Shown one piece after another: positions 1 to 8,280 of a DNA stretch of 64,000 nt. The notes beneath the pieces were generated by a model that was given only the letters and a program-made list of their open reading frames with translations, was not told the origin of the DNA and did no database searches. The translations under genes were made by a program, and so were the position numbers. How positions within the stretch are numbered: position 1 is the first letter of the stretch; the number at the start of each line of letters is the position of its first letter. This DNA is from an uncultured virus (IMG/VR IMGVR_UViG_3300050343_000130). Lineage: Duplodnaviria > Heunggongvirae > Uroviricota > Caudoviricetes > Crassvirales. Where the stretch lies: IMG/VR virus record IMGVR_UViG_3300050343_000130. One strand, written 5' to 3'.

Positions 1-99
1 GTATTAAGAGAGGTGTGCCCACGAAGTACTTCGTTTACGTAAACCCGCCGTTGTTTGTTGGGCAAGTATATCTCTGCATATCTGCCACCCCTCTGTTAG

Positions 100-178
100 T
101 GGAAGTGGGCGGAATCGAACCGCCGTTTAAGTTAGTGTGACTTTCGCCTCCTATTTCTTAGCTTACCTTATCACTCCC
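100..178 (-). ncRNA. tRNA-like RNA resembling a tmRNA tRNA-like domain (Ala identity), no canonical D/anticodon arms
   Basis: Minus strand: 5' GGGAGTG pairs with 3' CACTTCC (G3:U70 wobble), discriminator A, perfect T-arm GGCGG-TTCGATT-CCGCC; CCA not encoded. Confidence 0.55.
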
Positions 179-274
179 GTTAGTAGCTAGCAATTCACTT
201 ACGTATGAGAATCCATCATATAACCTATTTTTCATGATCAACTTCAAACTCATCTAATTAAGCTACTCGTCTAG

Positions 275-463
275 CTACTTTCTTCGCCAAGCTCTGTGCA
301 CTGATGCACTTACTTCTTGGCTAACTATTTGTATTTCAAGCACTTGCTTGTTAGCAATGATAGGTACATAACTGTAGTCTTGAACTGTGCTACAAGGAAC
401 ACAAGTTTTATATCCATAACCTACTCTTATTGGGTGTACTTTTTCGCCGCATTTACAATACAT
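275..463 (-). CDS. small Zn-finger protein (DksA/TraR C4-like)
   Basis: CxC...CxxC motif (YCKCGE..., TCVPC); directly downstream of early promoter motif at 488-520. Confidence 0.65.
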   Translation of the reverse strand: MYCKCGEKVHPIRVGYGYKTCVPCSTVQDYSYVPIIANKQVLEIQIVSQEVSASVHRAWRRK

Positions 464-487
464 ATATTTAATTTAATTTGTTACATT

Positions 488-520
488 TATATTATCGATA
501 TGTATTCGTATTTGTTTTGT
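488..520 (-). promoter_or_regulatory. class I (early) promoter-like motif, copy 1
   Basis: ACA-N5-AATACGA-N8-CGATAATATA on minus strand upstream of ORF 275-463. Confidence 0.75.
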
Positions 521-521
521 G

Positions 522-653
522 TTAATACATATCTTGTTGCCACTTTGGTATCTCGGAATTATATCTAGTCCAATACTCTCGCTCTATCGCCTCGATTTCT
601 ACCAATTTAATCTTGTGATGACTAAACTTCCGTTTCTTTCTGGATTTCTTCAT
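522..653 (-). CDS. hypothetical 43-aa basic protein (MKKSRKKRKFSHH...)
   Basis: Translated by hand; ATG-TAA, fills the gap between neighbouring minus-strand genes. Confidence 0.55.
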   Translation of the reverse strand: MKKSRKKRKFSHHKIKLVEIEAIEREYWTRYNSEIPKWQQDMY

Positions 654-819
654 ACATTTTTTTGATCGCTAGATACATTACATGAGCATGTAGTTCATTA
701 TAAGAGTCGCCTTCAACGTGAAACTCTGCTATTTGCCAGTGAATGCTGTCATACATTAATTCTTTAGTGACGTCAGCAATACCTTGTGCTACCTCGTCTA
801 TTTCTTTCATTTTACTCAT
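622..819 (-). CDS. hypothetical early protein
   Basis: ORF track 622-861; likely start at MSKMKE, just after the upstream gene stop. Confidence 0.6.
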   Translation of the reverse strand: MSKMKEIDEVAQGIADVTKELMYDSIHWQIAEFHVEGDSYNELHAHVMYLAIKKMYEEIQKETEV

Positions 820-821
820 AG

Positions 822-1004
822 TTATGCTTTTATATATGTTAAACCTTTGTGGTTGAACCATTCAGATATACCGATTTGATCGCTACCGTCTTTGTCATTG
901 TATTTAAATGCAAATGTTGGTGGTAGATTGCCAAGATTGTATGGCTTATAGGTAATACCGTTTAGTTTTAATTTTTTCTCGTGGAGTTTTTTAAGTTTAT
1001 TCAT
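822..1004 (-). CDS. hypothetical early protein
   Basis: 60-aa ORF immediately downstream of promoter motif 1016-1048. Confidence 0.65.
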   Translation of the reverse strand: MNKLKKLHEKKLKLNGITYKPYNLGNLPPTFAFKYNDKDGSDQIGISEWFNHKGLTYIKA

Positions 1005-1015
1005 ATATTGTTTAT

Positions 1016-1048
1016 TATATTATCGTTAGTTATTCGTATTTACTTTGT
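1016..1048 (-). promoter_or_regulatory. class I promoter-like motif, copy 2
   Basis: ACA-AAGTA-AATACGA-ATAACTAA-CGATAATATA. Confidence 0.75.
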
Positions 1049-1252
1049 ATAATCAACATTCGGTTGTATACTTGCAGCGACACCTTGTCTGAATTGCCAC
1101 TCTCGTCTGCGATATTCGTGATCGGTGCACCACTTACGCCATGCTTTACTTACTGTATTGTTAGTACCGTATTTCGCTTCGAACTCTTCGACTTGCTTTA
1201 GTTTAGCGTCGATTTGGTCTTGAGGATAGTCGTTGAATTTAGTAGAAGTCAT
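1040..1252 (-). CDS. hypothetical early protein
   Basis: 70-aa ORF in the minus-strand early cluster. Confidence 0.65.
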   Translation of the reverse strand: MTSTKFNDYPQDQIDAKLKQVEEFEAKYGTNNTVSKAWRKWCTDHEYRRREWQFRQGVAASIQPNVDYTK

Positions 1253-1358
1253 AGTATATGTCTAAAACGGTTGATTTTTCTTCGCTAGTCAGTTTAGAGT
1301 AGCACTTGTTATATTTTCTGTAGCTTATTTTAAGCAGATAGGTATTCATATGTCCCAT
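1239..1358 (-). CDS. hypothetical 39-aa protein (MGHMNTYLLKISY...)
   Basis: Translated by hand; starts 17 nt after promoter motif copy 3. Confidence 0.5.
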   Translation of the reverse strand: MGHMNTYLLKISYRKYNKCYSKLTSEEKSTVLDIYYDFY

Positions 1359-1374
1359 AGTATTATTTATTTAT

Positions 1375-1407
1375 TATATTATCGTTAATTATTCGTATTT
1401 GTTTTGT
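1375..1407 (-). promoter_or_regulatory. class I promoter-like motif, copy 3
   Basis: ACA-AAACA-AATACGA-ATAATTAA-CGATAATATA. Confidence 0.75.
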
Positions 1408-1408
1408 G

Positions 1409-1558
1409 TTATCCGTAGATTCCGAAGCTTGTTGGTGCTCCGTTTTGTATCATATTTATTATTAATGAAATGGAACCAAAGATTACTAGAGTTACTTGAG
1501 CATAAGCGATCACGCCTATTACTATGTTAAGTACTTTGTTGTGGTGAAATTTTCTCAT
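1409..1558 (-). CDS. 49-aa single-pass membrane peptide
   Basis: Translated by hand: MRKFHHNKVLNIVIGVIAYAQVTLVIFGSISLIINMIQNGAPTSFGIYG; long hydrophobic stretch. Confidence 0.55.
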   Translation of the reverse strand: MRKFHHNKVLNIVIGVIAYAQVTLVIFGSISLIINMIQNGAPTSFGIYG

Positions 1559-1559
1559 A

Positions 1560-1763
1560 TTATTTATTTGTTGATTTATAAAATTCTATTCTATCTAAGA
1601 CATCTTGTCTAGTTATTTCACCTTCCATTTGTTTACCGATGTAGTGAGTCATGTCGATTTCTTTGCCGTTAGGACAAGTTAAAGTATATATCATATTATT
1701 ATTTTTAGTTGACATAGTGAGAATCGAACTCACATAAACCATTATGTCATTACTTGTTCGCAT
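1560..1763 (-). CDS. hypothetical early protein (true start may be internal, near 1694)
   Basis: ORF track; downstream of promoter copy 4. Confidence 0.55.
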   Translation of the reverse strand: MRTSNDIMVYVSSILTMSTKNNNMIYTLTCPNGKEIDMTHYIGKQMEGEITRQDVLDRIEFYKSTNK

Positions 1764-1806
1764 TTTTATACTTATAGAAACAAGTGGAACTTAAAGTTGT
1801 TACATT

Positions 1807-1839
1807 TATATTATCGATTACCGATCGTATTTAATCTGT
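1807..1839 (-). promoter_or_regulatory. class I promoter-like motif, copy 4
   Basis: ACA-GATTA-AATACGA-TCGGTAAT-CGATAATATA. Confidence 0.75.
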
Positions 1840-2142
1840 AACTGGATTTCTGTCTAGGATTAAATGTCTAGTATTTTTAGGCATATCGGTTGACTGTGAC
1901 CAGTATTGTCTCTTAATCCAGCAAGGCATTATAGATAACTTAGGTAACATTACTTTCAACACTTCGTCGTGATTGTAAGTTCTCTTAACACCTTTCTTGT
2001 TAGTGAAAGAGATGATTTGATTTCTACCGAGCCAAGACTTTCTTACTACAAAGTTCTTTCTTTCGATTGGTGGATAGATCGCACTTAATTCTTCAGTGCT
2101 TAGTTTACTGATAGCTTTCGCTAATAATTCTTTATTACTCAT
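1831..2142 (-). CDS. hypothetical early protein
   Basis: 103-aa ORF directly downstream of promoter copy 5. Confidence 0.7.
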   Translation of the reverse strand: MSNKELLAKAISKLSTEELSAIYPPIERKNFVVRKSWLGRNQIISFTNKKGVKRTYNHDEVLKVMLPKLSIMPCWIKRQYWSQSTDMPKNTRHLILDRNPVTD

Positions 2143-2164
2143 ATTATATTTATTTATTTACATT

Positions 2165-2197
2165 TATATTATCGTTTACTCTTCGTATTTAGTTTGT
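2165..2197 (-). promoter_or_regulatory. class I promoter-like motif, copy 5
   Basis: ACA-AACTA-AATACGA-AGAGTAAA-CGATAATATA. Confidence 0.75.
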
Positions 2198-2364
2198 ATT
2201 TAACATTCTTCAACTTTCAATACATCGTCTAATTTATAGAAATTAAAGACTTCTTGAATTGTGTTTACTTTTAGGTATTTAACATAGTTTGTAGGAATTC
2301 CATTTTTATTCAAGTATTCTCTAAAGTTATTTTAAACATAGTATTGTTATTTGTTTGTTACATA

Positions 2365-2397
2365 TATATTATCGTATACCAATCGTATTAGGTTTGT
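2365..2397 (-). promoter_or_regulatory. class I promoter-like motif, copy 6
   Basis: ACA-AACCT-AATACGA-TTGGTATA-CGATAATATA. Confidence 0.75.
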
Positions 2398-2450
2398 AAA
2401 GTAGTACTATTGTTTAGTAGTAGAAAAATAGTTGTAGGTATTATGCGAGG

Positions 2451-2511
2451 TGTCATTGTGTCATACAATAAGACAACACGTCATATGTCATAGTGTCATG
2501 ACGATCAGTCA
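2451..2511. repeat. cluster of (T/C)GTCAT short repeats
   Basis: TGTCAT at 2451, 2459, 2486 and 2495, CGTCAT at 2479, plus an inverted ATGACG; in the divergent intergenic region. Confidence 0.55.
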
Positions 2512-2782
2512 CTTACTTAGTACACTGAACTGGTTTGGTACGGTGATATAGGTAATGCTATACGTGATACAGTATGTGCAGTAAAAAAGGTGAAACATTT
2601 ACAGGAAATTATTTTAGTTAGTAGTGATGAGTAGCATGTAGTAGCGCGGTTGCAGACATATATACAACGTAAAACCTAAATGACTAGGGGGGCTGGGTAA
2701 ATAAAAACAGTTTCCCATATGGAATACGGGGTAAATACGGTAAAAGCAACCCTATACCCCAATATTTGCAATGATTTTTTTT

Positions 2783-2829
2783 TGAGACATTAGCTAGTTA
2801 TATATAAATAGTAGTACCCTATTGTCACA
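2783..2829. promoter_or_regulatory. spaced palindrome (11-N25-11), putative protein-binding/origin site
   Basis: TGAGACATTAG-N25-CTATTGTCACA; second copy with the same spacing at 63308-63354. Confidence 0.55.
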
Positions 2830-2866
2830 CTTTTAAGTACTTCTTTAAATGCGTAATCATACTCGT

Positions 2867-3112
2867 ATGACCCAGAAACTTTCCGCTACTGCTCGAAGAG
2901 ACAAGGCCGCTAGAGATAAGGCTTATGCAATGACGCCTGCTAGGAAGGCGAAGAAAGCGCATGCAGAGAGAGAAGCAAGAGCGAATCCATCTGAAGCTAA
3001 GAATAAAGACTATGATCACAAAGATCAGAGATGGGAATCACCTAAACAAAACAGAGGTAACGATGGTTTAGGTACAAAGAAAGAATCTAACAACAACTAC
3101 ACAACTAAATAA
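2867..3112 (+). CDS. small basic hypothetical protein (possible degenerate HNH-like DYDH...NRG)
   Basis: ORF 2849-3112, likely start MTQKLS; first gene of the plus-strand arm. Confidence 0.6.
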   Translation: MTQKLSATARRDKAARDKAYAMTPARKAKKAHAEREARANPSEAKNKDYDHKDQRWESPKQNRGNDGLGTKKESNNNYTTK

Positions 3113-3113
3113 C

Positions 3114-3344
3114 ATGGCAAGAATATCTACATACCCATTAGACGGCACCATAGCTTCAACAGATAAGCTATTAGGTACTGATGAAAACAATGTAACTACC
3201 AAGAACTTCCAAATACAGAACATAACTACTTATATAAATACCCAAACGGTAACAGAGCACGCAGATAACGCAGCTGCTATAGCCGCAGGACTACCGGTAG
3301 GAACAAGATACAGGACTGGTGATTTCTTAAAGATAGTACATTAA
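3114..3344 (+). CDS. putative virion/tail protein
   Basis: N-terminus MARISTYP shared with the 3751 gene. Confidence 0.6.
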   Translation: MARISTYPLDGTIASTDKLLGTDENNVTTKNFQIQNITTYINTQTVTEHADNAAAIAAGLPVGTRYRTGDFLKIVH

Positions 3345-3345
3345 C

Positions 3346-3744
3346 ATGAAAAAATTATTTGCATGGCTAACCGGAGGGGTTATCAAAGAAATAGGTAACG
3401 TAATTGATAACTTATCTACATCGAAAGAAGAAAAGCTTATAATAAAGAAGCAAATACAGCAGATATTAGAGGATGCAGACAATAATGCTCAAATTCAAGT
3501 AACAGAACGCTGGAAATCAGATATGAATTCAGACAGTTTCTTGTCTAAAAACATAAGACCTATGGTTCTTATATATTTAACTGTAATATTCAGCGCATTA
3601 TCGTTTACAGACGGTAACATTGGTACATTTAAAGTAGCTAAAGAGTATATACCTATATTTCAGACATTATTAGTGACTGTTTACGGGGCGTATTTTGTTG
3701 GTAGAAGTTGGGAAAAGGCAAAAAACACAATATTAAAGAAATAA
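3346..3744 (+). CDS. holin (3TM-type)
   Basis: Coiled coil, then W..D..SDS.LSKNIRP motif, two TM helices and YFVGRS.EK ending typical of 3TM holins. Confidence 0.7.
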   Translation: MKKLFAWLTGGVIKEIGNVIDNLSTSKEEKLIIKKQIQQILEDADNNAQIQVTERWKSDMNSDSFLSKNIRPMVLIYLTVIFSALSFTDGNIGTFKVAKEYIPIFQTLLVTVYGAYFVGRSWEKAKNTILKK

Positions 3745-3750
3745 TAGGAA

Positions 3751-4485
3751 ATGGCAAGAATTAGTACATACCCAGTTGATCAGAATCCAGAAGGATCGGA
3801 CATATTATTAGGTACGGATGCCTCCGGTGGGACAGATGCTACTAAAAATTTCCGTATATCAGACATATCGCTAATATTAATAAACGATTTTCTAGCTAAT
3901 AATAGCTGGACATTCAATATTGATGAAGCTGACGCTGAAATGCGCAAGGCGCAGCTGTTTTTTGCGGCAGGTGGCGGCAACAATACTAGTTGGGCAAATA
4001 TAACAACCCTAAGATCAGTGTTGTTAATGGGCAATAACACTAATGCTCAACCCTATCTTCAATACTTGCTTACTAATGACCCTGTAACTGGGCAACCTGT
4101 AGTAAATAACCTAATCAAGATATCAGATCGTAATGATTTAAGCTCTTTTGGCGTGTTTTCTTTTACATCGTTAACAGCAGTCGCTGGTAAAACGGATATA
4201 TACGACATGGGACTTACTTTTATTAAAGGTGCAGGCTCAATACAAAAGAAGCACGTGTATGGCATCAATATAGATCCATCCGATGCTACCGACAAAACAT
4301 TTGAATTTACTCAAGGAGTTCCTTCTACAACATGGAACATACAACACAACTTAAATAAGTTCCCGTCTATAACTGTAATCGATACAGCTGATACTGTAGT
4401 GACCGGACAATATACTTATATAGATAACAACAACGTAACACTAACATTTTCGGCAGGTTTTGCCGGCAAGGCATACCTAAACTAA
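3751..4485 (+). CDS. tail-associated structural protein
   Basis: C-terminal TWNIQHNLNKFPSITVID...AYLN module common in phage tail proteins. Confidence 0.6.
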   Translation: MARISTYPVDQNPEGSDILLGTDASGGTDATKNFRISDISLILINDFLANNSWTFNIDEADAEMRKAQLFFAAGGGNNTSWANITTLRSVLLMGNNTNAQPYLQYLLTNDPVTGQPVVNNLIKISDRNDLSSFGVFSFTSLTAVAGKTDIYDMGLTFIKGAGSIQKKHVYGINIDPSDATDKTFEFTQGVPSTTWNIQHNLNKFPSITVIDTADTVVTGQYTYIDNNNVTLTFSAGFAGKAYLN

Positions 4486-4491
4486 CAAACT

Positions 4492-5901
4492 ATGGCAATT
4501 AATTTTTTAAACACGGTTGATTTAAATCAGAATCAACTTAACCAAGCAACGATACAAAATCTTGCAGCTAACCCAGCTTCGGGTGTTGAGGGGCAGGTTT
4601 ATTTTAATACTGTATCTCAAACGATAAAAGTATATAAAGAAATATTACCGGCAACAAACCCTAAAACTTACGAATGGGCATCCATATCTGGCGATATAAC
4701 GGGGCTAATCGCAGGTACATATATTAATATAGATGATGCGGATGGTCCGGTACCTACTATTAATCATGATCTAACAACTAGAACAAATACTACATCGACA
4801 CAATCTCCAGCTTATGGGGCAGATGTCGTAGTTATAGATTCTATAACTTCAAACACAACAGGTCACATAACTGGTGTAAATACTAAAACAGTAACATTAC
4901 CAGCTGATACAAACGAAACATATACATTACCTGTAACCGCAGGCACAGTAGCCCCTGGGGCACCAACAAGCGGTAAAATATCTTTAACAGCTGGTGGAAC
5001 TGGGTCTGGCGTTAAATCTACAGTAGAATTTGTAGGTACAACAGGTAGAATAGATATAACAAGTGTTAATCAAAATAACGGTAGTATAACTATTGATTTA
5101 ACAGATGATGTTACAATAGTAGATGATTTAACTGTTGGAGGTGAATTAACAGTGTCTGGGACTGGTCAGTCTAGTTTTGCTGGTCAAGTAACAATACCTC
5201 AAACACCTGTTGCAGATACGGATGCTGCTTCTAAAAAATATGTATTAGATCAAGTTGCTGGATTAGGAAGTTTCCAAGGTGGGTATGATGCATCAACTGA
5301 TCCTGGATCTCCTGCATTAACAGGTGCTAGTAACATTGCTTTCGGACAAGGAGATTTTTATGCAGTTACAACAGCAGGTACTATAACATTCAGTGATTCT
5401 CCAACTGGGGACGCAACATTAGAAGTTGGTGATTTTATATTTTCAAATACAGATATTACCGCAAACTCAAATCCAGCATCAACGGATTTCACACTTATTT
5501 TAGCGGATCAAAACATTGCAGGCTCTGGAGCAACAGACGGTGCTACACCAAAAGGTGTCGCTGGTTTTGATTCAGCAAACTTTGACGTATCGGCAACTGG
5601 TTGGGTACAATTAAACTCTCAAAGAAATCCTTACGGTGCTAAACAGGCTTTAAATAATACAGCTCCATCTTCAAGAGCAGAGGCTGGGGGCGTAACAACA
5701 TTCACCTTAGACTTAGCTGATGCTAGTTTATTTGGAACAGGTGCTTTAGCAGAGAATGTTAAAGTAGAGGTAACTGACGGGTCCTCACCTTATCAAACAG
5801 TATTTGCAGAAGTGACAAGAAGTGGGTCCGCAAGTATGGCTATAGCTTTTACAGGCTCTATAGCAAACGACGCTTACCAAGTGCTTCTTTCACACGTATA
5901 G
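4492..5901 (+). CDS. tail fibre-like protein
   Basis: Thr/Gly/Ser-rich, DAASKKYV fibre repeat, position in tail cluster. Confidence 0.65.
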   Translation: MAINFLNTVDLNQNQLNQATIQNLAANPASGVEGQVYFNTVSQTIKVYKEILPATNPKTYEWASISGDITGLIAGTYINIDDADGPVPTINHDLTTRTNTTSTQSPAYGADVVVIDSITSNTTGHITGVNTKTVTLPADTNETYTLPVTAGTVAPGAPTSGKISLTAGGTGSGVKSTVEFVGTTGRIDITSVNQNNGSITIDLTDDVTIVDDLTVGGELTVSGTGQSSFAGQVTIPQTPVADTDAASKKYVLDQVAGLGSFQGGYDASTDPGSPALTGASNIAFGQGDFYAVTTAGTITFSDSPTGDATLEVGDFIFSNTDITANSNPASTDFTLILADQNIAGSGATDGATPKGVAGFDSANFDVSATGWVQLNSQRNPYGAKQALNNTAPSSRAEAGGVTTFTLDLADASLFGTGALAENVKVEVTDGSSPYQTVFAEVTRSGSASMAIAFTGSIANDAYQVLLSHV

Positions 5902-5922
5902 ATTAACTAATACTTATAATGC

Positions 5923-8280
5923 ATGGCATTAAAATTTTTAAATAACGGATATTTCGCCGGCAAGGTAGGTATTGGAACAGAAACATCGTACACGGTAGGG
6001 GGAACTGCTCAGGTAACTATTGCAACTGGATCTGCAGAAACAGCTTTAGCGTTTGGACCTAGTAACAACGATATGCTTTATATGCGTAGCGCTGGAAGTC
6101 AAGGTAATTTTCAATTTCAAACGTCTGTAAACAGTGGTAACTCGGGAAGTATTCAACTACAACCTTTTGGCGGCAACGTTGGTATAGGGACGACTACTCC
6201 AAATGCAAAACTTGACATTCAAGGAACGCAAGGGCAATTATTTTCTGTAACTGATGACTTGTCAGGAGAAATATTTGCTGTAGCTGACATCTCAGGTGTG
6301 CCTATTATGGCTGTTAACTCGAGTGGCACTTCTTATTTTGATGGAGATTTAGGTGTTGGAACATCTACCCCTTTAGCTAAGTTAGAAGTTAATGTAGCAA
6401 GTGGCGATGGTATTTTAATTAAAAGTGCAGATGTAGCTACATTAAAATTTAAAGGAAGTGGAGGCGTTTCAAACTGGGGATTTGCATCAACTAATTTAAC
6501 AGCTGGTGATTTTGGGTTATATGAGTCTAACTCTGTTGGAGGTGATCCTATATCAGCAGGGACATCCAGAATAATGATAAAACCAGGTGGCAACGTCGGG
6601 ATCGGAACGAATGATCCAGAATGTAAATTACATACAAAGGTAGGCACATCAGGTGGCTCCCCTTACGACAGTTCTGTTGGTATTTTTGCAGAAGGAGCGA
6701 CCAGAAGTATAATTCAAATGTCAAGCACATCTGATGCTTACTTAATGTTTGGGGATGCAAGTGTTAATAATCAGGCTTGGTTTGGTTATAATCACGCAAC
6801 TAACCAATTATTGTTACATACTGGTAGCACCATAACTATGGACGGTAACGTCGGGATTGGGACGACTGATCCTTTGGCTGAACTACAGGTTGGGCTTTCA
6901 ACAAGTAACACAGGTAATAGATCAACGTTAGCAATGTTTGGTGCCGCGGAGTCAGGGATTTTAAATGCTTTATCTTTAGTTAATACGACTGGAGCAGCTG
7001 CTACAGGATATGGAACAAGAATTAATTTTCATTTATCTTCTAATTATTCTCCTACTGGATGTATAGAAGTAGTAACTGAAGACTTAACATCCAATGCTAC
7101 TGATTCAACAATGAGGTTTAGCACTTACGGTACAATTGGTAGCTCAACAACCTATCAGTCCAGATTAGAAATTTCCTCTGCTGGAGCTATTAAATTTAAT
7201 GATTATAATTCTACCAAACAAACAGGTACTCCAACTTATATGTTAGGTACAGACGCTTCAGGTAATGTTGTAAAAGTATTAGGTGGCGATATACCAGGTG
7301 TACCAGGTGGATCAGGTACTTTAAACACCGTTCCTTTGTGGACGCCAGATGGCGATACACTGGGTGATTCTCCAATTACTATTAGCGGTAATGATATAAT
7401 TTCTTCAGGAAGAGGTGTCATTGAAAATACAACCAACTTAACAACTGGTGTAGTAGATAGTCTACTTATTAAAACACTTTCTTCTGGAACAACAATTACT
7501 AATGGTTTTGGTGGTGGGTTATCTTTTTATCTTGAAAATACAGTTTATTCAGCAGTAAATGAAGTTGGAAAAATTGCAGTTATTGAAACTGACACAATTG
7601 CAATAGACGATAAAATGGTTTTTTCTGTTAAAGATAATAATATTTTAGCAGAAAGATTAACCTTAACTGGTTCAGAAGCAGTTTTTACAGGCAACGTTGG
7701 GATTGGGATAACGAGTCCTGGAGATAAGTTACACGTTGAGGGTGGTATTATAATACAAAACGGAAACAACTTACAATGGGGAGGTCTATATTCTGCGGGA
7801 GCTCCTACAATATACGCATCTACAAATTACCTTCATTTTGTGCCAACGGGGACAACAGGATCAGGGTACAGGCAAATGCGATTAGATACAACTGGTCTTG
7901 GTATTGGAACATCTTCTCCAAGTGAGAAGTTAGATGTAGCAGGTAATATAAAAATACAATCAGCTTTACTCTCTAACCAAGAAAATACAGATATAGATAC
8001 AGGAGCTGAAGTAGTTGCTCAGGTTGCACACGCTACTTATACAGCAGCTTTCTTTGACTTTGTAGTTAAGAAAGGTACAAATGTAAGATCAGGTACAGTT
8101 TATGCTTGTCATAACGGAGATACAACTCCTTTAGTGGAATTTACAGAAACATCGACACAAGACTTAGGCGACACATCAGATGTTACACTAAGCGTAGATA
8201 TATCAGGAGCTAATATGAGATTATTAGCAACAGTGACTTCAGATGACTGGAGTGTTAAATCATTAATAAGAGCAATATAA
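5923..8280 (+). CDS. modular tail fibre protein with GNVGIGT repeats
   Basis: About 7 G(N/K/D)VGIGTxxP repeats separating variable beta-rich modules. Confidence 0.8.
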   Translation: MALKFLNNGYFAGKVGIGTETSYTVGGTAQVTIATGSAETALAFGPSNNDMLYMRSAGSQGNFQFQTSVNSGNSGSIQLQPFGGNVGIGTTTPNAKLDIQGTQGQLFSVTDDLSGEIFAVADISGVPIMAVNSSGTSYFDGDLGVGTSTPLAKLEVNVASGDGILIKSADVATLKFKGSGGVSNWGFASTNLTAGDFGLYESNSVGGDPISAGTSRIMIKPGGNVGIGTNDPECKLHTKVGTSGGSPYDSSVGIFAEGATRSIIQMSSTSDAYLMFGDASVNNQAWFGYNHATNQLLLHTGSTITMDGNVGIGTTDPLAELQVGLSTSNTGNRSTLAMFGAAESGILNALSLVNTTGAAATGYGTRINFHLSSNYSPTGCIEVVTEDLTSNATDSTMRFSTYGTIGSSTTYQSRLEISSAGAIKFNDYNSTKQTGTPTYMLGTDASGNVVKVLGGDIPGVPGGSGTLNTVPLWTPDGDTLGDSPITISGNDIISSGRGVIENTTNLTTGVVDSLLIKTLSSGTTITNGFGGGLSFYLENTVYSAVNEVGKIAVIETDTIAIDDKMVFSVKDNNILAERLTLTGSEAVFTGNVGIGITSPGDKLHVEGGIIIQNGNNLQWGGLYSAGAPTIYASTNYLHFVPTGTTGSGYRQMRLDTTGLGIGTSSPSEKLDVAGNIKIQSALLSNQENTDIDTGAEVVAQVAHATYTAAFFDFVVKKGTNVRSGTVYACHNGDTTPLVEFTETSTQDLGDTSDVTLSVDISGANMRLLATVTSDDWSVKSLIRAI

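Noticed and set aside
97..125. attP site (tRNA 3' end duplication)
   Set aside because: The matching 5' acceptor strand is present ~70 nt away, so it is a complete unit, and no integrase is seen in the window.
488..2397. CRISPR array or integron attC cassettes
   Set aside because: Repeats are gapped motifs with variable internal spacers, lie 200-530 nt apart directly upstream of ORFs, are not palindromic, and no cas or integrase gene is present.
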